Below, in pieces: positions 24,385 through 37,008 of a stretch of DNA of 64,000 nucleotides. Every line of letters begins with the position of its first letter. The stretch's first letter is position 1. Made by a program: the position numbers and the translations under genes. The notes beneath the pieces are model-generated. The model was not told the origin of the DNA and did not search any database. It was given only the letters and a program-made list of their open reading frames with translations. Source of the stretch: Takakia lepidozioides (lineage: Eukaryota; Plantae; Bryophyta); contig CM060732.1 of NCBI GenBank assembly GCA_030704615.1, forward strand, positions 12,896,001 through 12,960,000. The letters run 5' to 3'.

Positions 24385-27300
24385 TTACTCACAGGCAAAG
24401 TCGGAGTCCAGCTCCTTGTCGGAAGTCTCCTCTGTATCAATATCAGCGGGACGGGGCTTCGGAAGGACTTGAGAAGTGTGTCCACCCAAACCCATCAGGA
24501 GGTTCTTGTAAATCTCAGCATCCCCTTCAATCCCAAAGAGATGTCGCGCACTGGCCTTGCAAGCGTGGTACGAAGCACCTGCAGTGGAATAGAATGAAGG
24601 AAGCAGACATTGAAGACACATTTGGAACGGTGGGAAGTGCTGAAAGTGCAAGCTCAATCAAACCTCATGAAATGTGAATGTTGAAGAGACGAACCTGTGC
24701 CCATTGACAAATCCAGAACTCTGGCGTCTGTGTAGGTGCAGCACTCCACAATCGTTTGAATGAAAGTCGGGCTCCTCTCCCTCGCCCCTCTCCAAGGAAC
24801 CCCATTCCCCCTTCGCAAGCACACGTTGCTGTCGACGTAGTTGTGGTGCATGTCATCCGTGGGAGGATCTGTCATGTCGTCTATGAACTTGCCCCCATGA
24901 GTGATGGCGAACTCCGCAATGCCGGCCGGAGTCGTTGGTGGATGCACTCGGACGAGACAAACAGCTTCAAACAAACGAGTCTGCGAACAGGACATCCACA
25001 AGGAACTAAGAAGCTTCAAAAATCAGGCCCCTACATATGAGTTCGAGCGACCTATACAACTCCATCCGAGAACCACCAAGAAGAGGAAGAAGAAGGCAAA
25101 TTTACCATCTCTCCCGGACAATCCCCCTTCGTAAGGTACATGTTCTTCACACAATTCCATGTCTTCACGACTCTCATGCCCGAGGCTTTCAAATAGCTGG
25201 CAAGTGCACGGCGACAGCGAACGTCGATGGACTGGATGAGCACCAAAACACCTGCATCGGACAGGAAAAAATTGCAAAAGGAGAAAACCCACCGCCAGTA
25301 GCGCTCATCAAAAGCATTCCAACCCGGACAAGCACCCGATGGAGGGACATCCGGGACTGCCAACCCATCAGGGATGTCCAAGATGATGAGTTCGGCTGCA
25401 TATGGCTTCTCCTTCCCGTTCATCCAGGATTTGGTCATTTTAGCCTACTCAAGAGGATTGAAACGATCCATGCCCACAACAGAGAAGAAGCAAAAGAGAA
25501 CACGCACCGTGCCAAGGAACTCCACAATCCTCTCCCACACTGGTGATGGCTCGCCGTTGAAATCATGTTTCTTGGACTCCATCATGGCAAGGAACCCGAC
25601 GTTGGCCATCTCCAACCTGGTAGGGCGAATGACCCTCATGGGATGTTCCACTGCATGGTACGGGTCCTTGGGATCAACCACCCCCTTGTTCTTTCTCACG
25701 GATCCCCTACCATGCGGTGGAGTCTGCTGGACATGCACCACTGGGCCAATATCTGCAACACTTCCCTGCCCTTGTGCCACCTTCCCTCTACCCCTTCCTT
25801 TCCCCACAACACCAGCAACATCTTTTCCCTTTGCCTTTCTTCCTCTACCCGAGGTATCTTGAGCGGGAGGCTCCTTCTCTGCAAGAGTCCTCAAATTTTG
25901 TTCATGAATGTCGAGGTCGGCTGCTGCGGCAGTGGCTGCAATACGCTCATTCTCTCTCCTCAAAGACACCTCCGGAGCTGGGGTCTCAGAAGGAGGGCAA
26001 TCCAAATACCAACCACAAGAAGAAAGATGGTCTGGGCCCCAGTCATGCAAGATCCTAGTAGTAAACATGGGCTGGTTGCCAGCAGGGACAAGCCAAAGGT
26101 CCACGAAATCTAGATGTTTGTCTAAGCAATTCTCTTCCATGAGAACAAACTTTATGTACCTGCAGGAACAGAGATAGCCTCATTATGCAATGCAATTATT
26201 GTCTCTCAGCTTTTTCATCACACCAGGAAGACCCCCTTAAACAGTATGCGGCACAGTACATTGCAACCACAACACACTAAGTAGCCTGAACGGCCCAGGG
26301 TGTGCACCTGTAAAGGCATCGTTTCCAGGCTTCCTCTCCTTTTTCTTGCTGGTCAAGGTCATTTGTTCGACTGATGCCACCCTCCTTGCTGAACTCTCTA
26401 AAGAAACAAGAGTGCCACACTGTGGCTCTCCATTTCCTCATGTATGCTTCGAAGGAGACCTTCGGTGCTGTCATAGTGATGCCATAGTCAGCCAGCTGAG
26501 TATGCAGAACCGACCGGGCCCTTTCTTCCAACTGCAAAACAATTCAAATGCAAGAATGAACCCAAAAACAATCACAGCAAATATAAGAGGCAATGGAAAG
26601 AGAAGGACAGGAAAAGAGAAAAGAAAGTGACACATGAAAGGACATCACACCTGGCTCCAGTAAGTGGCATTGTGAAGCCATGTGTCCAGCACATTGTCAC
26701 TGACAGGAATGACACGCTGGGTCTTCTTCTCTTTCTCCGGCCTGGGGAACATTTGGGTATCCCTAACTGTGGGATCGGAGTTCCATATCTGTAGCCACTT
26801 CACCTTCTGTTCTGAAGACACAACGGCGGTAGACAACCTGTGCAACTTCTCCTGGGCCGTCTCTGGCTTGTCTGGCTTGTTATAATGGTTTTTTTATCTC
26901 CAGGAGAAACTGCGATCCGAATGATGGGTCGGCAATTCTCAACTGCTTCACAAAAGCACTCATTATAGTCCTTCTTGTAGCGGTCATCTCTTTCTGGATG
27001 TGACTCTCAACCCCCTTTGCTGTCCTTCTCTCCTCAGGGGTTGAGCTGTAGTATTCCAGTTTGTCATGCTCCCCTGCATCTGCAATGTCTTGCTGCAAGG
27101 GAATGCACGAGAGTTGCATCAACCCAAGGTCAAGGGAAACAAACAGAAACAAACATGTGGAAGCAGGAATATGGAAAGGCCAGATGAATGAAGATGTATC
27201 TCACCATGTACATGTACTCCATGAAAGCCTCACAGGTCAACGAGTACCACGTTTCCGATGTCTTGGAGCTTTCGCACTTCTTGTACGTCTCTGCTGAAAG

Positions 27301-28088
27301 GATGGTCTTGAAGTTGGTCAAGGGCATCTGCCCAATCCTTTGTATCCTATACAGTGTGTGAACCAGACTCGTTTTGACATGCGATGTCTCCGTCCCTCTG
27401 CAGAATGATATCTGAAAGTCAGAATGAAATTCAAGGACTTGAATCAAAGAACCACGGAACCACAAGTGAAACATGTAGAATGAGAAACCAACCTGTTCAC
27501 ATCATTCATTGCCGTCAGAAGACCCATCATGTTCCCGTCACAATCCAGCACCATCGATCGAATAGAGTAATGCCACTCTTCCTCCTGTGAGTGCAGCCTC
27601 CCAATGACAGCCATCCATGCAAGCAACCGGTGGTTGTCATCCCAAACGTGAAACATCTTCCCTGAGAATGCCCGGGTGGAAGGTTTCCTGGAGAGAAGAA
27701 GTTCGAAGGATTCGTTCACCTGTCTCCAAATGGGATCCCAGGAGTCCACGATTGACTCATCCACAAGGAGCTCATTGCCTCTGGAATCCTTTGTAGAAAC
27801 GTAAAAGACTACGGATCCATCCAAATACCCATGAACAAACTCGGCCTCCAGCTTGAGAATGTCCTTGATGAGGGGTGGACGAACGACGGGCATGGAAACC
27901 AACCTACACAGGGGAATCTTCAACCTCCCACCCGGGGCAAACATACTTTGTACCACAAGCTGAGAGTTTACCTTCTGACCCCCCAGCATCTCAGCGGCTT
28001 TGCTTTCATAGAACTCATCGTCAACATCAACAATGATCTCCTTCCCCTGCCCCAAAGGGATCTCCTCCGCCACACTTTGCATCTTCTC
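24385..28088 (-). CDS. Multi-exon ParB-like domain + beta-class N6A/N4C DNA methyltransferase-fold gene, copy 1
   Basis: About 8 exons with GT-AG introns. N-terminal KIPLCRLVSMPVVRP...FHVWDDNHRLLAW (ParB/Srx). Motif IV-like AELIILDIPDG precedes the motif X-I-like RERSPTFIQTIVECCTYTDARVLDLSMGTG/ASYHACKASARHLFGIEGD. The first exon was not located. Confidence 0.75.
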
Positions 28089-28309
28089 CTGCAGGGTTGT
28101 TCATTCAAATTGATATAAGAGAGAGGCATGAAACGATGGTGTTTCAGCATGGCAGATAGGCCCTGTGTGGCCAAATTTCTCACTAGAAAACAAGCATTGT
28201 GGGGGCTGAAAACACAAGCGTTGCCGCACAATGTTTCAGCTTCCAAATTCAAGTGTTTTGAACATGATAGTTGGCCCTATTCAAATGAAAAAAGCAATGA
28301 CAAGGTGGG

Positions 28310-28575
28310 CTCAAACAGTGTGCGTTGACGCACACTGTTTGAGCTGCCTGGTAAGTGTGCATTGAACCTCAAAGACATGCCCCATGATGCCAAATTTCAC
28401 AAGAAAAAAACAATGACAAGGTGGGCTCAAACAGTGTGCGTTGCACACAGTTTGAGCTGCCAGGTAAGTGTTCATTGAACCTCAAAGACATGCCCTTAGT
28501 GGCCGATTTTCAGATGAAAAAAACAAAGAAAATGTGAGCTCAAACAGTGTGCGTTGACGCACACTGTTTGAGCTG
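28310..28575. repeat. Three palindromes CTCAAACAGTGTGCGT-TG-ACGCACACTGTTTGAG in ~115-bp units
   Basis: Perfect 16-bp arms at ~28310 and ~28539, a deleted variant at ~28426. Located directly upstream of MTase copy 1. Confidence 0.9.
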
Positions 28576-28914
28576 CCAGGTAAGTGTTCATTGATCCTCA
28601 CAAACGTACCCTGTGTTGCCGAATATCACATGAATCACAAAAACAGTCCAAGTATATATATACATATCAAGAGTTAGCTCCTAGTGACTACCACTATCTC
28701 AATTCTATTCTTGTGTTGCAGATTATGCGTACTTTACAAGAGCTCTCACAGCTGGAACTTGCACCGAGACTTGCCCCTAGAGTTCTTCAAGAACAAATAT
28801 CTATCAATGGCCTAAGTTTTGCAAAGCTGCATTGTAACTTATTGTTGGACAATGGCTATAGTCTGAGGATGCCAAGCCCATTATGCTCTACAATCTACTC
28901 CCAAAATCAATTTT

Positions 28915-29358
28915 CCGTGACGCCCCCAGGACGCCGGGGAATCGCAACGCTACAGCCCTGCGACGACGGGGAATTGCCAAAAAAAAAAAAAAAAACAACA
29001 CGTTTTTTTTTTTTTTTTTTTTTTTCTCCGGGCATTGCGATTCCCCGCCGTCGCAGGAGCGCCCGGCCGTCACAAAAGCGTCGCTGGGCTGCGGCGTTGC
29101 GACGTCTCGTTGCGATTCCCCGGCGTCGCAACCCCCCCAGTGCGTTGGCGGGGGAATGGGGTCAGGCCCCTTTCCGGCGACGGCATGGCATCGCAAGATG
29201 CCACAACGTTGTCCGAGCGCCGGCGTTACGACGCCCCGACATCGCAAATCCCGAGCCGGGCGCCTGTGCGACGCTGCAGTCGCAGGGGGTCAGCACGTCC
29301 GGCTCGTCCGGCGCGCCCGAGGTCCTGGCGTCGCTAACCCCCCCTAAACGTAGTAGTG
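28915..29358. mobile_element. CACTA (En/Spm) terminal fragment
   Basis: GC-rich GCGACG/CGTCGC subterminal repeats ending in CGTAGTAGTG (reverse complement CACTACTACG) at 29349-29358. Confidence 0.7.
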
Positions 29359-29588
29359 TCTTCGAGAAGAAAAATACAGACATATTGCCAGAACATCGAC
29401 CTTATGACTGTGTAATCGAGTTACAAAAATGAGCCCAACCACCATTCGGCCCAGTCTATAACTTATCCCAGACGGAGTTGGCTGCATTATGTGAACACAT
29501 TGATGAAAATTTGTCAAAGCACTTCATCCGACATTCAAAATCACCTGCGGGGGCGCCTATCTTGTTTGTGAAAAAGAAGGACGGATCA
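29359..29588 (+). pseudogene. Ty3/gypsy (Tcn1/Tf1-like) reverse transcriptase N-terminal fragment
   Basis: [75 protein letters not shown]. Confidence 0.9.
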
Positions 29589-29979
29589 ACCAGGAAAAGA
29601 CGACGCCATCTTGGATATGGCAATCCAATGTGCGTTTTACGGCGTTCCACAACGTGAACCCGGACAGTGCATTAAGTGCCGAACCCGGGAAATATCCGAC
29701 CCCGGATGAACGCGGAGATGGCGTTCTTGACATTATGTATGTTTTTTTTTAAAGAAGGCAAAATCCATGTATGAGAGGGCGATGACAGATCTCATGTGCG
29801 TAATATTTCATCCAAATCACCAAACATCCACATTTGGAGAAAATGGCCTTATTGATGGCAATAGGGGCGCCCAATAAACAGCCAGTGAGAGCGATCCATT
29901 TGGGGGGTTAGAAGGCAGACACGCACATCGCTAACCACATGCATAACTGATAGCTTATGAGGGTTCCTTACTTTCTCTA

Positions 29980-30351
29980 TTGTTGTTAGTCAAGCTGGAG
30001 AGTTGCGGGAGTGAGAGAGAAGACATAGGAAGAATACGTAGAAGGCAATCCCTTTACTTCACGAGTGCGAGAGAGAGGAAAAACGCGCGAGTCAGAATGA
30101 GAAAGTTGCGCAATCTGCAAAACGCTGATGAGCAAGTTGCACAGGATACGTCCACCCAGGAATCACAACAGATGAGAGAGGAGGTCCAGCCTCAAATGGA
30201 GGGAAGAAGGGAAGGGGAGGAGACTGCCCCGGAGACCAATGTGCATGACATGGACATCGACACCACCGTCGCTGAGAAAGAAGCGACACCAAAGGAGGCA
30301 GTGAGGCCTCAGGAAGAAGAGGCTTCGGGAAGTGGTGTCATCAAACACAAG
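29980..30351 (+). CDS. Charged, disordered coding exon, possibly an upstream exon of MTase copy 2
   Basis: R/E-rich open frame ending at the donor-like AAG|GTGAT. The next MTase exon begins after acceptor TTGTAG at ~31725. Confidence 0.35.
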
Positions 30352-30429
30352 GTGATCCTTCTTCCAATCTGCATGAATCTCGCAAGACTGTGGTACCAAG
30401 TGAATAGACAGGATATGAGAGATCCCCTG

Positions 30430-31665
30430 AAAATTGGGTGCGGCACTGCACTCAGTTTTGAGGGGAGCTCTATCACTTCCATTGTGGGCCGAGGTGAATA
30501 CTTAAGTCTTAGAGGCAGCAGGATCTGCAATGGAAGCCTGAGATGGACACGGGGAAACTGCACTCATTTTTAAGGGATGCTAGGCAATCGTTTGGGCATT
30601 AGGGAAAGAGGAAGGTGATGTTCAGAGTTTAGGGCCGAGAGACAGTGGAGTGGTCACCCAGAACTGAGTGCGCTAGCGCACTCAATTTCTGAGCACCATG
30701 GAATCATTGATTTGCTATCGAGTGAGGTGAACGATAGATAGAAAGTGTGTTTATTCCATAGTGAGATCTCTAATGAGTTCTGAGAATCACATTAACTTTA
30801 ACCTGGAAACTAAGTGCGGTGGCGCACACAGTTTTGAGGTGTGGTCGACAATCTTCGTGGACAGAGGTGAAGACCCCAATGAACTCAAAACAGAAAGTAG
30901 ACAGATAGAATGGTCAATTTGCTTATGAGAGAGGTGAAACGATAGTTAGAAAGTGTGTTTCATTCAAAGTGAGATGTCTTTTGAGTTGTCAGAATGACAG
31001 TAACTCTAACCTGGAAACTGAGTGCGGTGGCGCACTCAGTTCTAAGGTGTGGTCAACCATCTTCGTGGACAGAGGTAAAGACCCCGGTGTGCTCGCAATA
31101 GAAAGCAGGCAGACAAAGTGGAGGGCTCCCAAAAATGAGTGCGCCACCGCACTCAGTTTTTTGAGCACCTATAGATGGTATGATGTCTGAGATGAACTAT
31201 AAGGTAAAAATGATTGTAGAAATTGGAAAGCATTCTTTTTTACTTGTGGGAAAAACATCAGAATACCCTGGAAACTGAGTGCGGTGGCGCACTCAGTTTT
31301 AAACAGTGGACTCGTAGATCTTTGAAGACAGTAGGTAAGTCGAAGTTGATATGAATCTGCTGAATGAGAGACAGAGTGAGGCCCGGAATTGAATGCGCTG
31401 CCGCACCCATTTTTTTGTAGCGGATTTGGGTGAGTCAAATGTCAATTTGTGAGATGGAAAATCCGGTTTTTATTTGAATGTACAGTTGTACAGTTTTGAT
31501 GTGGTGGCGCACTCAGTTTCTGCCTCTAGAATAAAGCACACAATGTGGAAGAGGAAGTGACAGAGGAGCCATTGACTGAGTAGAGATGGAGTGCCTGCAA
31601 TGAACATGATTTCATAGATGTCATGGAAGGTGTCCAAAAAATGAGTGCGCCACCGCACTCAATTC
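30430..31665. repeat. About 10 dispersed palindromes AAACTGAGTGCG-NNNN-CGCACTCAGTTT
   Basis: Copies near 30431, 30661, 30806, 31014, 31131, 31271, 31386, 31495 and 31636, plus a half site at ~30555. Upstream of MTase copy 2. Confidence 0.9.
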
Positions 31666-31725
31666 TTGTAGGTGCAAGATCAGGAAAATGTAGCTATAAA
31701 ATGACGGAAAGGCTATAATTGTAGG

Positions 31726-34700
31726 AGGTGCAGGGGAGGAAAAGAAAAGGATTGCAGCCTAAGAAGCAGCAGCAGGCAGTGACTGAGAAGCATGTTGAAG
31801 AAGACGATCCTTTCTACGAAGAGCGAGCGGCAAAGGTCCTCGTGTACCAGAAGGTTAATTCCGCGCAGGTGATCAAGTCTATGCAGGTACCTGGAGGCAA
31901 GATTATGATCCCTCTCTGCCGCCTAATATCAATGCCAATCGTTCGACCTGCCCTAACGAGGGATGGGTCCAAGTTGGAGCAAGATTTTAGTTACGGATAC
32001 ATAGAGGGTTCTCCGGTGTTTTACGTGTCCTTGTGCGATGCCAGTGGAAAGGAGGTCTTGGTGGACGAGTCAATTGTGAAAAGCTAGGATCCAATATGGC
32101 GAGAAGTAAACGAGGAGTTCGAGGCCCAGATTTCGAAGAGACTGTCTACACAGGTGTTCTCCGGGAAAATGTTTCATATCTGGGATGACAATTACCGCTT
32201 CATGCCCTGGATGAACGTCATAAACAAATATCACAGCACAGACAAGGACTGGCACTACCTTGTGGCGTCCATGGTGCTGGATCCAAAATGAAACGTCACA
32301 GCACTTCTCACGGCTATGCATGACATCAACAAGTAAGTATAATGCTCACCCTTCATGCCATCAAAACTCTCCAATTTGTTCTGTCTGTTTTGTATTTCCT
32401 GGTGAAGGAGGAAGTCATAGTGTTTCTGTTGTGACTGCAAGGGAACTGAAAGTGCACACGTGACGACGAATTTGGTCCACACTCTATTCAGGATACAGAA
32501 GGTGGGCCAAATGCCACTAATCACCTTCAAAAACCTTATCAGTGCTGAGGCTTACAAGAAGTGCGAGACCTCCAAATCCGCCGACACATGGTACAAGCTG
32601 ACTGTGACTACATGATTCTGTGACTACATGTACGCTGTAAGTATTCCTTCCCTAGCTCTGTCTACTTGTTCATTCAGAATACCAGTTGACTCATACATTG
32701 TATACTGGAATGTTCAGCAAGAGATTGCGGAGGCTGGAGAGAAAGGGAAAGCAGAGTACTATGCCAAAAAAGATCCAGGGGAGCGATCCTCAAAAGGAGT
32801 GGAAGAATCTATAAACAAGGAGATGGAGGTGGCGAAGAGGCACTACATGAGCGCGTTCGTAAAACAACTCAGAATAGCCGACCCTGCTTTTGGTCCAGAG
32901 TTCTTGAATCAGGTCAAGATCTACTAGAATGTGAACACCAAGCCCGAAAGGATGTAGGAGAAGCTTCATCGCCTGTCCACTGCCGTAGTGGAGCTAGAGG
33001 TGAAAGTGAAATGGTTTGAGATTTGGAACGCCGACCCGACTGTGAAAGATAACCATTGCTTTCCGAAGAGTGAGAAGAACAAGGAAACATGAGTCATAAA
33101 GCAATTCAGTGACCATGTTCTCGATATGTGGCTGCACAAAGCCACGTACTGGGCCCAGGTTTTTTCCTCTCGCCGTTCCATTTCCACTGCAAAACTGCAT
33201 TGCACCGGGAAAAGTCACTTACTGTTCTTAAAAAGCTGTTCTGTAAAAGCTATTCTCTGAATTGTAAAACTGTTCTTGCGCAGATAGAGGCTTGGGCACA
33301 GCTGGTGCTGGAGAAGCAGCTGAAGGATTACAAGATAACTATGACTCCACCGATGGACACTCTAGAAGACTATGTCCACCAGTGGAAAGCAGCTTGCTTC
33401 GACACTTGCTTCTTCAAGGAGTTCGCCAAAGAGGGAGGCATCTCGCGCACTAACGAGTTCGAGCAGCAGCATGGATCAGAACAGGCCATGAAGAGGGTTC
33501 TGTATAGATTCGTCTTGTCACTCTTTATCCACCCTTTGTTCCTGTCTCCCGAAGTTTCGCTGTCGTTGCAGCCCTGCTCTATTGAATAAACAATCCCCTA
33601 AACTGTGTGTACTGACGCACTTAGTAAAAGGGTGGCAACTTCTGTGTTTCCCAACCTTTCATTCTACATACAAACATCCGATCCTCTACTGAATCACACC
33701 TGCCCTGGCTTCTAGGTAGGGCCTGGGTGGACAGAGCGAAAATTGAGTGCGTTGGCGTACACTGTCAAGGGGTCCTCAAACAGTATTCTCACGCTTTCCC
33801 CACTTTGTTTTGATTGTGTAGGTACATCAAGAACGTTCTCATTCCAGGCAAGAACCTGAGTCGACACCCGCACTTTATTGATCTATGGTGTGACCCATCT
33901 AACGCTGAGACAAAGTACACTGCAGGAATTTTGAAGGATTATGGGAGCTCACACTGCTGCTGGTATATGGATATCCCACGCTCTGGATGCCCTTGGCATG
34001 AGCTTGTGACCCGAAGTCAAAACGAAAATGCAGAGGCCTTGGCCCCTCTGACGGAGAAGGAGTTGCACGAGAGAAACTTGAGGATATTGGCTGAGAAAGA
34101 GCCTCTTGCACAGAATACGCCAGTGAAGCCTAGAAAGGACAAGGGGAAAGGGAAGGGAAAGGGGCAGAAAAACAATCAGAATGAGAATGAGAAGAAGTCC
34201 GTGGTGCAACCGGGGCAAGTGCAGACCCCACCCCCAGCCAAAAAGCCTGACCGAAAGAAGAAGGGTCTAAGAGAGCCGTACGATGCAATGGAGCACCCAT
34301 CCAGAATCGTTTTTCCGGGCATGTGCGAGCTGGTAAACGACGGGTTCCTGGCCATGATGGAGACACGGAAGTCAAGTTACAGTGTGATCCTTCCAAAACG
34401 TGGGACAAGCTATGTGCTTTTCTCCAATCGGTAAGCAATTATCATGCATCTGTTTGAGTTTTTGATTTCTTTGTTTTATTTTTACTCGGATCAGACATGT
34501 CGCTTCTTCTTACACGCTATAGTGCTTGCAGGCATGGAGGGGGAAGGAATCTTGGGTGAATGGTGCACATAAATCTTGTTATCATACAATTTGTCACGAT
34601 GAGATGTCGCCGGGAGCTGGCAAGCTACTTGAAAGCCTCGGGGATGCGGATTATCAAGACCTGGAACTGTGTCAACAGCCTATATCTGACGAAGGGGGAT

Positions 34701-35516
34701 TGCCTAGGGCAGAAGGTAGGTTTCAAATACTTTATTTTTATGCCTTCTCTGTTGAAGTTCCACTGTACACCCTGTTATGAAGGCATGCTATTCGCACTGC
34801 CTGAATTGAGTGTTTCAGCGCACTCAGTTATGGCGGTCCATGAGCAATGACTCTGAACCCGTTCCATCCGGAATGGGTCTACACTCCCACCCAGATGTGC
34901 TATGAAACATTCCTCACTAATTATTCTCCTCTTCATCGCAGACCCGTTTATTTGAGGCCGTCTGTCTCGTGAGGGTACATCCAATGTCGACTCCCACCAC
35001 AGAGGTGGAGTTCGAGCTTCATGGGGGAGGATGTTTCATAAACGAGAGGTTCGATCCTGTCGACGACGACATGCACTACAACTATGTCGATTCCAAAGTA
35101 TGTTTGCAAAAGCCAAATGGAACGCCTTGGAGAGGGGCCCATGAGAAAAGCCCAGCTTTTATCCAAACGATCATTGAGACTTGTTCTCGGCCAGGGGCCC
35201 GCATCATAGATCTCACTCTTGGCACAGGTTTCTCTTCTTGCCTTTGTCATCGATTTCTTTTCTTCTGCATCTTCTTTACTCAATATTCTAAAACTTTAAT
35301 TCCTTCATTCTGTCTCTTGCAGGCGCTTCTTACCATGCTTGCAAGGCAGGTGGCAAGCACTTGTTTGGTATGGAAGGAGATGCAGATACTTTCACTGGCA
35401 TCCTGGCCGAGTTGCAAGGGGACGCGTCTACCTCCAATGTGAAGGACGTCACTGTGCAAATTGATATCATCGACGGAGACAACAAGGACCTGGACAATGA
35501 CTTTTCATGTGAGTAA
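31726..35516 (+). pseudogene. ParB-like + N6A/N4C methyltransferase-fold gene, copy 2 (pseudogenised)
   Basis: Collinear with copy 1, with the same intron positions. MIPLCRLISMPIVRP..FHIWDDNYR; HEKSPAFIQTIIETCSRPGARIIDLTLGTG/ASYHACKAGGKHLFGMEGD. Several stops, and a deletion near 34570 removes the DIPDG segment. Confidence 0.8.
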
Positions 35517-35678
35517 GTTCATTTTCTGTCTATTTGATCCCTGTGTATATGCTTTGTCGTGTCCCCTTCTGTTGTCTAATTGTTACCCAAATGGTGCATT
35601 TGTGATTGTAGGAATGTGAACACTCTCCATGGCCCCTGTCCTCCATATACTTGAGGGACTTGTGCTGGAGCCCACCTC

Positions 35679-37008
35679 CTAATTATGTCCAGCGTAGCTA
35701 CGGCGTGAGCCCAGCCCCGTGAGCCTGGGAGCTGAGCTCACGTTGTAGCCACAAAGCGTGAGCTGAGCTAGAGTGTTCAATTTCTTTTTGCATGATCCAA
35801 ATCTTTCCTCGCCTTCCAAATGAGGGAGCCTGGATTGCAAAGAGGAGCCTTCAGTGCACCTGTTCAGAGCTCTGGCCATCTTTGATGGGTCTCCGGACCT
35901 ACTCGCAGCCCTTAGCATCAACAAAGTCATACCGGGGCCCTTGCCTCCACCCCGTCCCATCAGAAAATTGCGGTACCTGGTTTGTTGTGTAAGTGCCTGC
36001 ACCATGTCATCAGCAGTGGCCACATACAAGTCACGACCTGCTTTGGTAGATTGCTGCATCCAGGCGTTGTGAACAGTCTCCGCCAAATTACAGGATGGCA
36101 TGTCGGCCAAGTCCTCCAAGGACATGTCCTGTAGGAGGCATTGCATGGAAATGTGAGGAACAAAGGGGCACACCTTCCTACTCACTTTCGTTTGGTTGAG
36201 CGTTGTTTCTCATCCGAGGGCAAGAAATATTCAGGCACTTGCAATGCCCAACGCAAACCGACCTTCGAAATTTCAATCCAATGTCGTTGTGGATGTTCGA
36301 CGTTTTTGTCCTGCACCAAGGGTGTCCGTCATGTTTCTTGTCCATGCCCTGCAGAAGCCCAGCTAGTCCATTGGAAGATGTGGGAAGGTTGAGCTCAAAC
36401 AAAATGTCCCCATCAAACTCTGCTGGCACGTATTGAACCCGCTGCACACGAAGGGACTCCCAATCAACAAAACGCAGCTCGCTCTTGCACCCAGGCACCC
36501 CTGCCAGGATTTTCAATTTTGGAATGACACTCGTTATCTCTTGCAATTTGTCATCATCCAAGAATGGAGTCTGCACTGGCGGAGGAATCTCAGAAACATC
36601 CTCCGAGGACGAGTCTAAAAGAGTCACGAATGTAGTGGATGTGCTCACCTCTTGTTTCACATGAACTGTGCCATTTTGCTGCACGACCGATGCTGCAGTT
36701 CCAGGGGTAATGATTGATCCTGCTGATTGTCTTCTCTCTTTTCCAAGGACACGGTATGTGCCTGGAAGGACTCTCCACTTCCTTCCACACTCGCCAACCA
36801 ATGGTTTCTCCAAGTGTCCAGAATCCAAATTCCCATCCTCGTCATACACCTATTTTTGAACAAGCAGAGAACCCAATTCCAGTGGGAACACTGTAACCAG
36901 CTCATCCTCATGAACAACTGCAAACCCATCCTCGTCTGCAGTGACAGTTAGTGGAAGACTACCTGCATTGGAATGAAATCGGGCGAGTCTATTTCGCTCC
37001 CTCGACAT
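35679..37008 (-). pseudogene. GCM-like zinc domain / Mutator-like transposase, internally deleted
   Basis: GMDKKHDGHPWCRTKTSNI..KFRRSVCVGHCKCLNISCP is joined directly at ~36180 to DMPSCNLAETVHNAW (MULE-type N-x-AE-x-x-HN motif). Confidence 0.6.

Noticed and set aside
30430-31665. GAGTGCG palindromes as a CRISPR array
   Set aside because: Spacers are long, irregular and partly duplicated (30690-30900 versus 30910-31110), and there are no cas genes.
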